Assembly: GCA_965644315.1 (NCBI GenBank)
Contig: CBFFRQ010000040.1
Coordinates: 186,001-250,000, forward strand
Source: Caecitellus pseudoparvulus
Lineage: Eukaryota > Protista > Bigyra: Bicosoecida
Direction: 5' to 3'
Length of the DNA stretch: 64,000 nucleotides
A model generated the notes under the pieces. The model searched no databases. It saw only the letters and a list, made by a program, of their open reading frames with translations, and was not told where the DNA came from. Below are positions 51,877 to 62,852 of this stretch, in pieces. The translations under genes were made by a program, and so were the position numbers. Numbering within the stretch: the stretch's first letter is position 1; each line of letters opens with the position of its first letter.

Positions 51877-54548
51877 ATGCAATTTCCGCAGCACCGCCCC
51901 ACTCCTCGTCCGTCGCGAGCCGCACAGGGCGCTTCAGAGGATGACAGCTCCCGTGCGTGCTTTCGCACATACTAGTTCTGATTCTCTCTCGCCTGACAGC
52001 CCAAACCATCCCCGTCACTCCCTTCACAGCCGTCGCTGCCACGAGCCGGCCTGGGGCAAAGGCCACATCAGCCGCCAGTGCCACACAACTGACCCTGGCC
52101 TGCGCCGCCCACGGCCTGCCTGTGGTGTTCTTTGTGTGCATCCTGCCCCTGTGCATGCTGTGGCTTGGCCGCGCCCCCCACGGCTGGCTGTACGACGTGT
52201 GTGTGACGCCTGCCTTCATGGCTGCAGGCGCCCTGGCCGCCTGCCACACCCTGGCGGCCGCACTGGCCTCCCTTCAGGGCACAAACTCCTGCCTGCAATC
52301 CCGGCGCACGCACACTGCGCTGGGCCTGGCAGGGGCGGCGGCGGGCTGTCTCCAGGCAGGCCTGGGTCTTGCCGGCGTGCAGTCGGCCTGGGCTGTGGGG
52401 GCCACAGCGTACACTGTCGCAGCTCTGACGCCGCTCCCAGTGGCGCTCCTCGTCCTGCACACTCTCAGCATGGAGTCTGCAGAGGCGCAGACATCTGCGG
52501 CGGGCCCAGCGCCTCGCCGCCGCAGCCACCGTGCGCGCCGTGCCGCCGTCACCTGCTGGAGTTTCCTTGTCGCAGACCTCCGCCACAACTGCCGCACAGT
52601 CACACAGGCGCTGTGCCCGTCGCTTTGGCGGCCCGTGACGGCTGCAGATGCCGCCCCTCGCAGGGTGGACACGGCCCCTGCGCCTGGCGTGGCGGGCCAG
52701 CGTGGCGGCGTTTCGCCCCCTGAACACCAGCCAACCGCTGCCGTGTCATGTCTGACACTCCACCACGTGCGGAGGGAGATGGGGCACTTAGTCACAATGG
52801 GGAGCACCAGCTTCCTGGGCCAGCACAACTTCAACCTGCCCCTGCTCGTGTGCCTGTCCGCTGCAGTCGTTTCTTGCGTCCTGCCGTGGTTGACGTTTCA
52901 GCCCGTGCGCCAGACTGACTCCAGCGCAGCACAGGCCAGCGCACACAGCGCGAGCCTGTGGAGTCTGTCCGGCGTCGCTCTGCTCCCCATCATCCTGGCG
53001 TCCGTGGCGACAGACAGCAGCGCGGCACCAACCACCACCGCCACGAACACCTCCAGCACGGCTCACCGACCTGGCGACAGCGGCAAGCGCGCTGCGGCGA
53101 CACGCCTCGGGATGGGCATCATGACTGCAACTGTCCTGTTGCACCTGCCGCTCCTCGCCTCCATGGACCTCCAAAGTCAATTCCTGGGGCTGGAAACTTG
53201 GGCGCTGCTGGGCAGTGCGAGCGGTGGCAGTCGCTTTTCACACGTGACCCTCAAGGCACTCCCAACCAGCGCGAACGGCACAATTGCCCACACCGCTCTG
53301 CGAGGATCCGTTCCACATGCAGCCCCACCTTCCACACATATGGCACAGGGCGGCAACCCGTGGAGCCAGGGCACTGGCACTGCGTGGGGCAGCCAGCACT
53401 CGGTGGTGCCAGTGACGGACCTGCAGGAAGGAGGCGGCATGTGGACCATGCCATACACCGCCATGCTCGTGCGGGGGTCGCCACTGGGCGCCGCTGGCTG
53501 GCACTTGGGCGTCAGCCTCGCCTGGCTCCTGCTGCTGCAGGGCTTCGCCACGCTGTGGGAGCGGGCTGTGTCTCTGGCAACGGCGCCTGAGCCCCCGCGC
53601 ACGCACTTGCTGTGGCCGGGGCAGTACTGGTTCTATGTGCAGTACTACACCCTGCTCAGTGTTCCTGAGCGGCAGCCCATGTTGGCGTTCTGCGCACTCA
53701 TCTTCCTGCTCAACGTGTACGTGTACTTGGCAACGGCGGCGGGGTGGTTGCAGGGCCTGCCCCAGACCGTACTCCAAGCCGCACAGAGGACAGTGGCCCG
53801 GGCACTCGGCCCAGACAGGGATCCTACGGACCTCGCCCGGCGCCTGCCGCAGTGGGCCCACCACTTCCTGGCGGGGTGGGCGCTGCGTTCCCCCACAGTT
53901 CCCACCGCCGCCACACCTTCACCGCAGCCGCCGCCCCCTCCACGCCCCTCCCAGCCGCCACGCTGCAAGGGCTGTGACCAAACCCAGGCCGTGCTTGGCT
54001 TGGCAACTGCGCTGGTATGGTCCTGTCTGCGTGCATCTGCAGTTTGGGCGGTGTGTGTGCTCGTCACGGCGTTGCACCCGCTGGTCCAGCTTCCAGCCGC
54101 TCAGGACTGGCTGCTGCAAGCACCAGAGGAGACGGTGGCTGAAACGCGGCTGCGACACGCACGGGCAGATCAAGACGCCCTTGCCGACGCCGTCTCCCTC
54201 ACCTCTGTGCCACTGCTGGTCACTGTGCTCGTGGCAGTGGGAGACGGCGCGCCACGCCTCGGCACGGCTCACGGCTTCCAGCAGCTTGACCTGGCGGGCA
54301 TGTGGTACCGCTTTGCCATCATGTTCGCCTTTCGCGCTGGGACGACGTGGCTCACGTACCGTGTGTATGCCGCACAGGGTAAGCCCGCGTCCCTGAAGCC
54401 ACTGGCGCCACCAAGCCCTGCCAAACCCTCAACTTGCATGTCACCACCTGCGTACATTGCAGCAGTGGCGGTGCTGTACACACTGGCCGCGTTTCAGCAA
54501 CGAGGACCTCAGCCGACGGTCACTGCGCTGCGGGATCTGGCATCATGA
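51877..54548 (+). CDS. Uncharacterised multipass membrane protein (5' exon structure uncertain)
   Basis: 863-codon ORF with many hydrophobic helices (HLLWPGQYWFYVQYYTLL; MWYRFAIMFAFR). A plausible first exon runs from ATG 51877 to donor GTGCGT 51953, splicing in frame to an acceptor ending at 51999 or 52029. Confidence 0.6.
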
Positions 54549-54581
54549 ACCGCACGACAGCGAGGACGTGTGCATTGCACT

Positions 54582-57500
54582 TCACGCACTGGGTAGCCGA
54601 GCAAGCACCATGTGCAGCAGTTGGGTCTGCTGCGCCAGAGTCTCCTCCAGGCCCTGCACTTTGACAGTGAGCGCCTGCACCGCGCTGCTGTCTGCAGCGC
54701 CTGGCACAGGGGCTGACGTCGCCCGTGTAGGCGACGGACTGCGAGAGGTCTCTGCGCGCGGAGCCTGCGCGGCTCGTCGCAGGCTGTCCAGGCCGCCAGA
54801 CTTCAGGGCGCCTTGCAGCACCCGCACGCCACGGGAAGGCCCGGACGCTGCGCTGGTGCTTGATGCGCGCCGGACGCTGCTGCGTCTGGACACGTGTGAT
54901 GCCCCTACACCTCCAAGGCTCGGTGCGCGCTCGGGAGATCCCGCACGGCTTGCGACAGTAGCAGCCGTTCGCCGTCGCACCGCGCTCCGCCGGCTAACGT
55001 CGGCGTGCCGCAGGTCCACCGCCTCGAACAGCTGCGCAGCAAAGGCGCGCCGGTGAGAAGGCACCTCAAACACGAGGTGTAGTCGAGCTGTGCCCGTGGC
55101 GGAGGTGCCGTGTTTGGCCTCTTCCTTGTTTCCGATGGAGGGCGTAGATGCGCGGGGACTGGTCAGGTGCGCGTGCGACACCGGTGCGTGGTCGGCGTCC
55201 TCCCCCCCGGCACCCTCACTCACCGCACTTGATGCGTGAAAGTGGAGGATAATGGCACACTCATCCACGCGGGACTCGTCCACTTGGCTCAGCAAGTGCA
55301 GCGGGTACTCCTTGCGCAGACGGCCCTGCACGTCGTACAGCTGCACTTGGGGGTCTGCCGAGTCACGTGCGTCGAGGAACAGCAGCCGGCCTTGGTGCCA
55401 CCCCCGAGTGGATACTTTGCGGACGTAGAAGCGAGAGCGTGTGTCTTGCAGCTCGGCATGCTCGTGCTTGGGGCTCATGGCGTCGGTGGTGGTCAGGCGC
55501 CGCGACCGCTTCCGCACCGTGGAGTCCAAGGCGGTCTCGTCGCCCCCAGAACGCCCTGGCGCACCTTTGCACCATGCCAGCAACCTGGAACAGGAGTTGC
55601 CCTCAGGGGTGTGCCCCTTGATGGGGTCCACAAGATGCTTGAATCCGTCATTTCGACGGACCTTGCCCACCAGCGTCGTCTTGGTCATTTCGTTGTACGC
55701 AAGCAGCAGATGGCGTGCTGCGCAGTCGTTGTGGTAGCACTCGGCCGCATCCTGGACGCCCCGAGAACTGGTCAGCTTGCACAGCTCATGCATGCCCACG
55801 TACACCGACTCGTTGGGGTCTGCCCTGTTGTACACCGAGCTCAGGTACGTCTGCAGCTCCACCTCAGCGTGGCGCTTGGCAAGGCCAATGCACTTGTGCA
55901 GCTGCGCGCGGAAGGCGTCTTCAAGCAGCAGTGCCTTCAACTGCCGCCCTGGCGCCCCCACGAGTCTGAGCAGGGCCAGCACCTTGTGCAGGCTCAGCAC
56001 TATGCGCTGGCGAATGGCGACATCCAACGATGCAGCACTGCGCATCCACGCATCCTCCGCCTTCAGCGCAGCGTGCACTTCCTCAAAGTACAATGAAATG
56101 ATGCCGATGATCATGTTCATGCACACGAGGAACACCATGGCGACGTAGCAGGCGAAGAAGAGCCCCGTTACTTGCGGCCGCGTGTTGGACAGCGCCTCGT
56201 AAGAAAAGTCACCCAGGGGGAAGCGTAGGAGTGTAGAGAAGGACGAGGTGAAGTTGTGGAAGTCCCCCAGCAGGGAACCGTACGTGTACTGTGCCAGCAC
56301 TGCGAAACCCGACACCAAGATGATGAAGCCTAGCGTGAAGCCGGCCAAGTCCGGAGCGGCGCGGTACAGCGTCAGCCACAGCGTGTTCAGGCGCTTGTTG
56401 ATGGAGAAGAAGCGGAAGAAGTTCAAGCAGTACATGAGCACAATGAAGGACGCCAAAGTAAACGTCTCAATGTACTGCTGTGACAACGCGTACAAGTCAG
56501 TGAACTCGTGGGAGCTGGCGTCGAAGCCCAGCCGCTCGGGGTCGGTCAGGTACGTCAGCCACTCGATGAGCACAACGATCATGAGCACGTGCATGGTCAC
56601 TTCGTATATCGTGCTGAGGCGGGACAGATGCATGGGCCCGCTGCGCATGAGACCCCAGGCAGTCGCGCCCAGGTGCACCAGGAACATGAGCCCAAAGACA
56701 CACTCCAGCCCCGCCCGGAAGAAGTCTGCGGTGCTGAAGTACACCTCCTGCCGCATGCTGTGGAACTTGTATGACTTGACAATGTGGCCATTGTTAAAGA
56801 ACTCCGTCAGCAAGCGCACCACCGTCAGTGTGCGAGTATTGGCGTTGTACAGGTTGAACATGACAGCCACAGCCCGCGTGCCTTCGTCCAGCCACTTGGC
56901 TGCCTTCAGCACAGACACCTGCGCCGCCGCCGTCTCTGAGCTGGTGGCGTTCAGCACCACAACATAGCCCCCCGTTCCGTACCCGCCCGACGGGCCGTAC
57001 CCAAACAGCCCCGTCATGGGGTGGTACCCGTCGCTCCACTTGAACGCGCCGCCTGGCCCGAACGGCGCCCGGTCCTCGGCCTCTGCTGAAAAAGCAGCGT
57101 AGCAGGCCGTGCCACCAGTGAGCTTGGTTTGGCTGCTCAGCGTGCAGCTATCTGATCGCACTCGCAGCTGCCGAAGCTGCACGCCACCAACGCGCCGCAG
57201 CGTGTACAACACCTTCCCGCTCTCCACCGCCGTCAACGGCTGCTCGTTGTACCACTCAGTCGGGTATGCCCCCGCTATGACGGGCCCCTCAAGCCACGTC
57301 CACCACTCTTCAAACGTCATGATCTCAAAGAAGTTCTTCTTGTACTGGGCGCCAGGGAACTCCTCGTCCAGGAAGAGATCCGACACCGCCGCGTTCACGC
57401 CGTACGCCTCGTGCACGTCGTAGATGGAAGCCATGAGCGTGAACAGCATGATGAGGTACACGAGGAACCCACAAGACGTGACCAAGTTCCGGTCGCGGTT

Positions 57501-57866
57501 CATGACGTAGATGTGCTGCAGGAGGGCAGGAACGGGCACGCCCTTGGGCAGGGATCGCGCTCCCTCTCGCCCAGAGAGAGGGATACGAGTATGCTCGCCT
57601 TCATGCTGTGTCCGTGTGCGTTGCAGAGCATGCCCGAGAGCATGAAGTGCAGAGTGAATGGGTTCCCGCTGCTTCTTTACCTCCGCCCGCTGCCCCACCT
57701 TGCTTTCTGCAAAGGGCTCCTTCGGGACTGCCGGTATTTCCACCTCCACCAGCCCAGCCTTCTGCACGGCAATGCTGCGCCGATGGCGCTGTGCGCTGGC
57801 CAGAGGGTTCGTGATCACTGTACTTCCTCCATCCTCGCCTTGGAAAGGGAGTGCTGCGTGTGCCAT
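54582..57866 (-). CDS. PKD2: Polycystin-2 (TRPP)-like cation channel with a C-terminal PH-like domain and coiled coil
   Basis: EEWWTWLEGP, VGGVQLRQLRVRSDSC, WLDEGTRAV..LYNAN, pore STLLRFPLGDFSY, and S6 VFLVCMNMIIGIISLYFEEV. Likely start MAHAALP at 57866. Confidence 0.92.
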   Translation of the reverse strand: MAHAALPFQGEDGGSTVITNPLASAQRHRRSIAVQKAGLVEVEIPAVPKEPFAESKVGQRAEVKKQREPIHSALHALGHALQRTRTQHEGEHTRIPLSGREGARSLPKGVPVPALLQHIYVMNRDRNLVTSCGFLVYLIMLFTLMASIYDVHEAYGVNAAVSDLFLDEEFPGAQYKKNFFEIMTFEEWWTWLEGPVIAGAYPTEWYNEQPLTAVESGKVLYTLRRVGGVQLRQLRVRSDSCTLSSQTKLTGGTACYAAFSAEAEDRAPFGPGGAFKWSDGYHPMTGLFGYGPSGGYGTGGYVVVLNATSSETAAAQVSVLKAAKWLDEGTRAVAVMFNLYNANTRTLTVVRLLTEFFNNGHIVKSYKFHSMRQEVYFSTADFFRAGLECVFGLMFLVHLGATAWGLMRSGPMHLSRLSTIYEVTMHVLMIVVLIEWLTYLTDPERLGFDASSHEFTDLYALSQQYIETFTLASFIVLMYCLNFFRFFSINKRLNTLWLTLYRAAPDLAGFTLGFIILVSGFAVLAQYTYGSLLGDFHNFTSSFSTLLRFPLGDFSYEALSNTRPQVTGLFFACYVAMVFLVCMNMIIGIISLYFEEVHAALKAEDAWMRSAASLDVAIRQRIVLSLHKVLALLRLVGAPGRQLKALLLEDAFRAQLHKCIGLAKRHAEVELQTYLSSVYNRADPNESVYVGMHELCKLTSSRGVQDAAECYHNDCAARHLLLAYNEMTKTTLVGKVRRNDGFKHLVDPIKGHTPEGNSCSRLLAWCKGAPGRSGGDETALDSTVRKRSRRLTTTDAMSPKHEHAELQDTRSRFYVRKVSTRGWHQGRLLFLDARDSADPQVQLYDVQGRLRKEYPLHLLSQVDESRVDECAIILHFHASSAVSEGAGGEDADHAPVSHAHLTSPRASTPSIGNKEEAKHGTSATGTARLHLVFEVPSHRRAFAAQLFEAVDLRHADVSRRSAVRRRTAATVASRAGSPERAPSLGGVGASHVSRRSSVRRASSTSAASGPSRGVRVLQGALKSGGLDSLRRAAQAPRAETSRSPSPTRATSAPVPGAADSSAVQALTVKVQGLEETLAQQTQLLHMVLARLPSA

Positions 57867-58688
57867 GGCCGACCCTGCGCCGGCGCGTGAGTGTGATACC
57901 ATGCGAGTCAGTCGTGAAACGCAAGCCCACCGCAGGCCAATCGCAGCGCTCACGCCACAGCTGCTCAGGGGCAAGACGAAAACCTAAAAGGAGACTGAAA
58001 CTCACTCAATTCCAAGGCATGAAGCGCGGTTGGGAGTCAGCTTCGTCGCTGACCACGTCTAGAACTTGGAGCTTGTGGGGTATAGAGGTGCTCTGGCCTT
58101 GCAGCGCGCCTCGAGCCTGGCAGTGAAATGGCGTGCCAATGCTTTGTGCAGAGTGACGGAGGAGCCTGCTTGGGGAGTTGAGCACCCTTTGGCATGAACA
58201 AGGAACAACTGTGCCTTGCAGTGGGGCTGCAAGTTTGAGTCAACTACACGGTTTGCTCAGATCCTTCATGAACGAAGCTCGCTGCTGCCGCTGCCCTTGT
58301 GCCCACGCGTTCCCAACCAACTTGATTCAAGGTTTCCAAACAAGTGGCCAATATAAAGCAAATCAACTGTGTGAATTCCACACACGCAGCAGTGAACGCC
58401 GCCACACCATCATCATTGCGGTAGTGCAACACAGGGCACGGGCAAGCACTTCAACTTCCACGGTCGCCCTCAACCGCCCTCGGCTCCAGATCCGATCGGC
58501 TACACGCATAGCCATCACCACAACCATGTCATGCGGCCTCGAAGTACGCATCAGTCAAGGGCGTGGTTGTCACGGCCACGACGACGACGCGGCCGTGGCC
58601 AACGTGCCCAGCCAACTTCACGACTCACGCCATGCAAGGCGTGCTGTGCACTGAAGAATCCCTGGCCTGCAGAGACAAAAACATGTGC

Positions 58689-61600
58689 TTACTCTTTCAC
58701 TAAATGACTCTGCACTGGAGTCGTATCGTGCATGCCCTTCTGCCCTCGTGCCGAAACGGCAGTTGAACCTGACGCGCGTGCACGCAACCCTTGCCGCCGC
58801 ACCATGTGTGCCGGGAAAAGCTGGCGCTGGACCCGCTTGACGGACGCGCGTCGTCCCCCTCCTATACGTTTAACACCCTCACCGTATTGTGTGAGCATGG
58901 AGCGCACGTGTGCGGCGCGGGCCATGGCCAGGTGGGGGTTGGCTGCTTGCCCTGCATCCCGTGCCACTGCCGCTGTGCCAGCCTGCTGCCCGCTGACATG
59001 TGCTCTGGCCGCGAGCTGACCGCTTTGTGCAGTGGGCGCAGTGCCAGTGCTTGCCGCGACGTGTGAGGCAGGGATGACCTTCGCATCAATCTGCTGGGCC
59101 AGCCCATCCACAGCCAGTCCGTGCACGGCCACCATCATGTCACCTGCCATGGACAATCGACTCCCCGGCAGCAGCTGCAGGTCTGATGACGTTACCAGAG
59201 TGTGCGGAAGGAGTCGCTTGGTGGACTGGCCGGCGCGCAAGGCGCTGGTGCTGGCGTGAGGGGCGTGCATCGGGTTCATGCCTTTGATGCCTGGCTTGGC
59301 GTGTGGTGCTGCTGCTGAAGAAGGCGTTTGACGGTGACGGTGACGGTGACATCTGAGCAGGGCCAGTGCCGCAGCAGCGGCGAGGGTCAGTGCAGTGAGC
59401 GCACCGATGAGGAGGTAGAAGGGGAGTGTGCCGGGGATGGTCAAGGCGTGCATGAAGCTGGGCTCAGCGCCAGTATCCGGAGTAGTTGTGCTATTGCTGC
59501 TGGAGACAGGCTGCGGCGTGTCAGGGTGGCGGGGCTTGCTGCTGGTGTGCGCTTGGTGGGAAGCGGGCGATGACGACGGTGAAGAGGGAGGCGTGGTGAT
59601 TGGCGTGCTGGACGATGGCGAGGTGCTTGGCGAGAATGACGCAGGTGCGGGTGCTGCAGCGCTTGGAGATGCTGAGGGAGATGGTGTGGGGGAGCCAGCT
59701 ATGGCTGCAGTTGTGGTTGGAGAGCTGAAAGGTGTGGATGAGGCGGTGATCGAACCTGACAAGGATGGAGACCCAGTTGGGCTGGTTGTGCCTGAGCTGG
59801 ACGCCGTGATGGTTGGAGTTTGCGAGCCAGTGGGCGTAACTGCCGGGCTCTGTGAAGCACTTGGCGTCGCTGACGGCGTCGCAGATGGTGACAGCGTCGC
59901 CGATGGAGTTGTCGTGGGCGATGGGGTTTGTGTCGGAGTGCCTGTGCTTGAGCTGGATGCCGTGCGTGTGGGAGAGACCGTGCCGGAGCTGGTTGCCGTG
60001 CTTGTTGGAGTTTGCGAGCCAGTGGGCGTAACTGCCGGGCTCTGTGAAGCACTTGGCGTCGCTGACGGCGTCGCAGATGGTGACGGCGTCGCCGATGGAG
60101 AGATCGTCGCCGATGGGGACGGTGTGGGCGACGGGGTGTGCGTGGGTGATGGGGTCGCTGTGGGTGATGCCATGGCCACCCACTCACCTGGCAAGCAAAC
60201 AATGTCCACAGCAGCCGGGCAGCTGCCCCCCGTGCAGTTCCACACACCGTACAGTGTGCTCCCCACACATGATCCCTCGCCAGAGCATGACAGACTGCAC
60301 TGGCCCGGGGCAGCTGGGCGAGTGCAGAACATGCTGGTGTTGGAGCACGAGTGGCTCCCGGAGCAGGTCACTGCGGCGCCTTCTTGCAGAACAATTGAGG
60401 TGTTCCCTGATGCGGCTGAGCAGCTGTGCGGGGTATCACAGTCTAGCGTGGCGGTGGAAAGTGGGGGTGCTGTTGGGCAGCCACTGCACATGCAGAGCTG
60501 GGGGCTGGGCGTAACGGGTCCATCTTGCATGGAGCAGTTGACTGCTGAGGGTGAGGGGGGCGGGCAAGAGCTGGCGAAGGGAGACCCAGAGGTTTGGAGA
60601 CTGATGAGACTGTTGAGGCTGTCGAAGAGGCCGAGGGGCAGCGTGGTCAAGGCTGTGTTGTCCCTGAGGTCCAGCTCTGTGAGGCTGGTGAGGCTGTCCA
60701 ACACGCCTGGTGGAAGGCTGATAAAGTCGTTGTTCCACAGGGTCACATACGTGAGGCTGGTGAGTTTGTTAAACACAGCAGGATCCAGGCTAGTCAATGC
60801 GTTATAGTTCAGACTGAGCCTAGTTAGTCTGGTGAGGCTGTCAAAGATACCTGGCGGAAGGCTTGCCAGATTGTTGCTGTTCAGGTTCAGGCTTGTGAGG
60901 CCCGGGAGGCTGTCGAAGACGCCCAGTGGGAGGCTGACTAAAGCGTTGCTACTCAAAGACAAGCTCGCAAGGCTTGTGAGGTTGTCAAAAATGCCAGCTT
61001 GCAAGGTGGTCAAGTCGTTCTGGCTCAGGTCGAGATCTGCCAGGCTCGCAAGATTCTCAAACACCCCCGGAGGCAGGCTGGATACATCATTGTTGTGAAG
61101 ATCAAGATTTACAAGGTCCGAAAGACTGAAAAATACCCCCGTTTGAAGGCTGGTCAGGCCGTTGTCGCTAAGGTCCAGGGTTGTGAGGCTTGTGAGATTG
61201 CCGAAAACGCCCACAGGCAGGCTCGTCAAAGCGTTGCCCGCGAGGTCCAGGTGCACAAGGTTTTCAAGGTCGCCAAACACGCCCGGTAGAAGGCTGGTTA
61301 ACGCAGCGTTGCTGCTCAAGTACAAGTGTGTCAAGATGTTGAGACCGTCAAACACGCCCGACGGCAGTTCGGTCAGCCCGGTGTGGGACAGGTACAGGTA
61401 CATCAGGCCAGCGAGGCTGTCAAAAACCCCAGACGGCAGGCTTGTCAGGGCATAGTTATAGCTCAGTTGCAGGCTTAGCAGGTTAGTGAGGCTGTCAAAC
61501 ACGCCCGACGGAAGGCTCGTCAGCTCGTTGCTGCTCAGATACAGGAATGCAAGGCGAGTGAGACTGTCAAAAACTCCCGAAGGAAGACTGGTCAAAGGAT

Positions 61601-62852
61601 TGAAGCCGAGATTTAAGTTCTTCAGGTTTGAGAGATCTTGGAATACACCCGGAGGCAGGCTGGTCAACGCGTTCTCATCCAGTTTAAGGTTAGTCAGGCT
61701 CGCCAAGCCGCTGAACACGCCACTTGACAGGTTCAACAAAGCGTTCTTGCTCAAGTCCAGGCGCAAGAGGCTGGTGAGGTTTTGAAATGAAGCTGGTGGC
61801 AAAGTAGCCAAAGCGTTGTCGTACAGCTTTATGTCGGTGAGGCTTGTCAAGCCGCTGAAGACGCCCGGCGGCAGAGCAGTCAGATCGTTGTCGTACAGCC
61901 GTATGTCAGTGAGGCTGGTCAGGCTGCTGAAAATGCCGCTTGGAAGACTTGATAGTGCGTTGTCATTCAGATCAAGATCTGTGAGGCTGGAAAGGCTGTC
62001 GAACACGCCAACAGGCAGGCTGGTGAGAGCGTTGAAGCTCAGGTCCAGGCGTGTGAGGCTTGTAAGGTTGGCAAACACGCCAGAAGGCAGGCTCGACAGC
62101 GCATCGTTGCTGAACATGTTCAGCTGTAGCAAGCTCGTAAGGCTGGAAAACACAGATGAGGAAATGCTGGCCAGGGCGTTGTTTTTCGCAACCCGCAGGT
62201 AGGTGAGGCTCGCCAGGTCGTCAAACACGCCAACAGGCAGGCTCGCCAGATCATTGCTGTACAGACTCAGATGTGTAAGGCTTGTCAGGTTGGCAAACAC
62301 ATCTGACGGCAAGCTGCTCAACGCATTATTGCTGTCAATCCAAAGCTCTTTGAGACTGGTTAGGTCGGCAAACACGCCTGAAGGCAGGCTCGCCAAAGCA
62401 TCGTTGTTCCTCAGGACCAGTGCTGTGAGACTGTGCAGCCCCCCAAATGCGCTGGCATTTATGCTCGTGATGCTGCTGTCAGAAATGACAAGGCTATCAG
62501 TCCCCGTGCACCCGCTGCAGCTCACCAGCAAGTCACCAGCAACAGCGCAGCATGCTGGAACGCCACCCACCACGCTGCCCCACATGCATGCCATACACGC
62601 CATGCTCAGTATCTTTGCCAACACTGCACTTGACGCCTGCTTGACTGTGCCCCGCCCCAGCCTTGTTGAGCTGGCCCAGCACGTGCGTCGCTGGGCGTTT
62701 CCTGCCGGCTTTGACGCTGGTACGGACTGAACGCACGCTGCGCCGTCACTGCACCCCGAGCAGCACTGCAGATCTGACCATGTCTCACATCGTGCCTTCT
62801 TGCTCTCAGTGACTCGAGCACCACACGCCGCGCCATGTTGTGTACTGCGCAT
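58689..62852 (-). CDS. Type I membrane LRR receptor-like protein: about 26 typical 24-25-aa LRRs, Cys-rich module, Ser/Thr/Pro stalk, single TM, cytoplasmic tail
   Basis: Repeated LxLxxNxLxxLPxGVFxxLxxL from about 62500 to 60590, and TM LPFYLLIGALTALTLAAAAALALL followed by RCHRHRHR. The start codon is uncertain (ATG 62852 or 62603). Confidence 0.85.
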   Translation of the reverse strand: MRSTQHGAACGARVTESKKARCETWSDLQCCSGCSDGAACVQSVPASKPAGNAQRRTCWASSTRLGRGTVKQASSAVLAKILSMACMACMWGSVVGGVPACCAVAGDLLVSCSGCTGTDSLVISDSSITSINASAFGGLHSLTALVLRNNDALASLPSGVFADLTSLKELWIDSNNALSSLPSDVFANLTSLTHLSLYSNDLASLPVGVFDDLASLTYLRVAKNNALASISSSVFSSLTSLLQLNMFSNDALSSLPSGVFANLTSLTRLDLSFNALTSLPVGVFDSLSSLTDLDLNDNALSSLPSGIFSSLTSLTDIRLYDNDLTALPPGVFSGLTSLTDIKLYDNALATLPPASFQNLTSLLRLDLSKNALLNLSSGVFSGLASLTNLKLDENALTSLPPGVFQDLSNLKNLNLGFNPLTSLPSGVFDSLTRLAFLYLSSNELTSLPSGVFDSLTNLLSLQLSYNYALTSLPSGVFDSLAGLMYLYLSHTGLTELPSGVFDGLNILTHLYLSSNAALTSLLPGVFGDLENLVHLDLAGNALTSLPVGVFGNLTSLTTLDLSDNGLTSLQTGVFFSLSDLVNLDLHNNDVSSLPPGVFENLASLADLDLSQNDLTTLQAGIFDNLTSLASLSLSSNALVSLPLGVFDSLPGLTSLNLNSNNLASLPPGIFDSLTRLTRLSLNYNALTSLDPAVFNKLTSLTYVTLWNNDFISLPPGVLDSLTSLTELDLRDNTALTTLPLGLFDSLNSLISLQTSGSPFASSCPPPSPSAVNCSMQDGPVTPSPQLCMCSGCPTAPPLSTATLDCDTPHSCSAASGNTSIVLQEGAAVTCSGSHSCSNTSMFCTRPAAPGQCSLSCSGEGSCVGSTLYGVWNCTGGSCPAAVDIVCLPGEWVAMASPTATPSPTHTPSPTPSPSATISPSATPSPSATPSATPSASQSPAVTPTGSQTPTSTATSSGTVSPTRTASSSSTGTPTQTPSPTTTPSATLSPSATPSATPSASQSPAVTPTGSQTPTITASSSGTTSPTGSPSLSGSITASSTPFSSPTTTAAIAGSPTPSPSASPSAAAPAPASFSPSTSPSSSTPITTPPSSPSSSPASHQAHTSSKPRHPDTPQPVSSSNSTTTPDTGAEPSFMHALTIPGTLPFYLLIGALTALTLAAAAALALLRCHRHRHRQTPSSAAAPHAKPGIKGMNPMHAPHASTSALRAGQSTKRLLPHTLVTSSDLQLLPGSRLSMAGDMMVAVHGLAVDGLAQQIDAKVIPASHVAASTGTAPTAQSGQLAARAHVSGQQAGTAAVARDAGQAANPHLAMARAAHVRSMLTQYGEGVKRIGGGRRASVKRVQRQLFPAHMVRRQGLRARASGSTAVSARGQKGMHDTTPVQSHLVKE
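59812..60082 (-). repeat. Internal duplication in the LRR-receptor stalk (about 80-bp identical block, 192-bp period)
   Basis: GTTGGAGTTTGCGAGCCAGTGGGCGTAACTGCCGGG... occurs at 59812 and 60004 (ATPSATPSASQSPAVTPTGSQTPT twice). Confidence 0.85.

Noticed and set aside
4980-51889. Recurring 10-mer CAATTTCCGC (4980, 19153, 22743, 51880; reverse at 50119) as a promoter element
   Set aside because: Occurrences fall in an intron and in coding sequence as well as in intergenic DNA, with no consistent position relative to starts. It was noticed post hoc.
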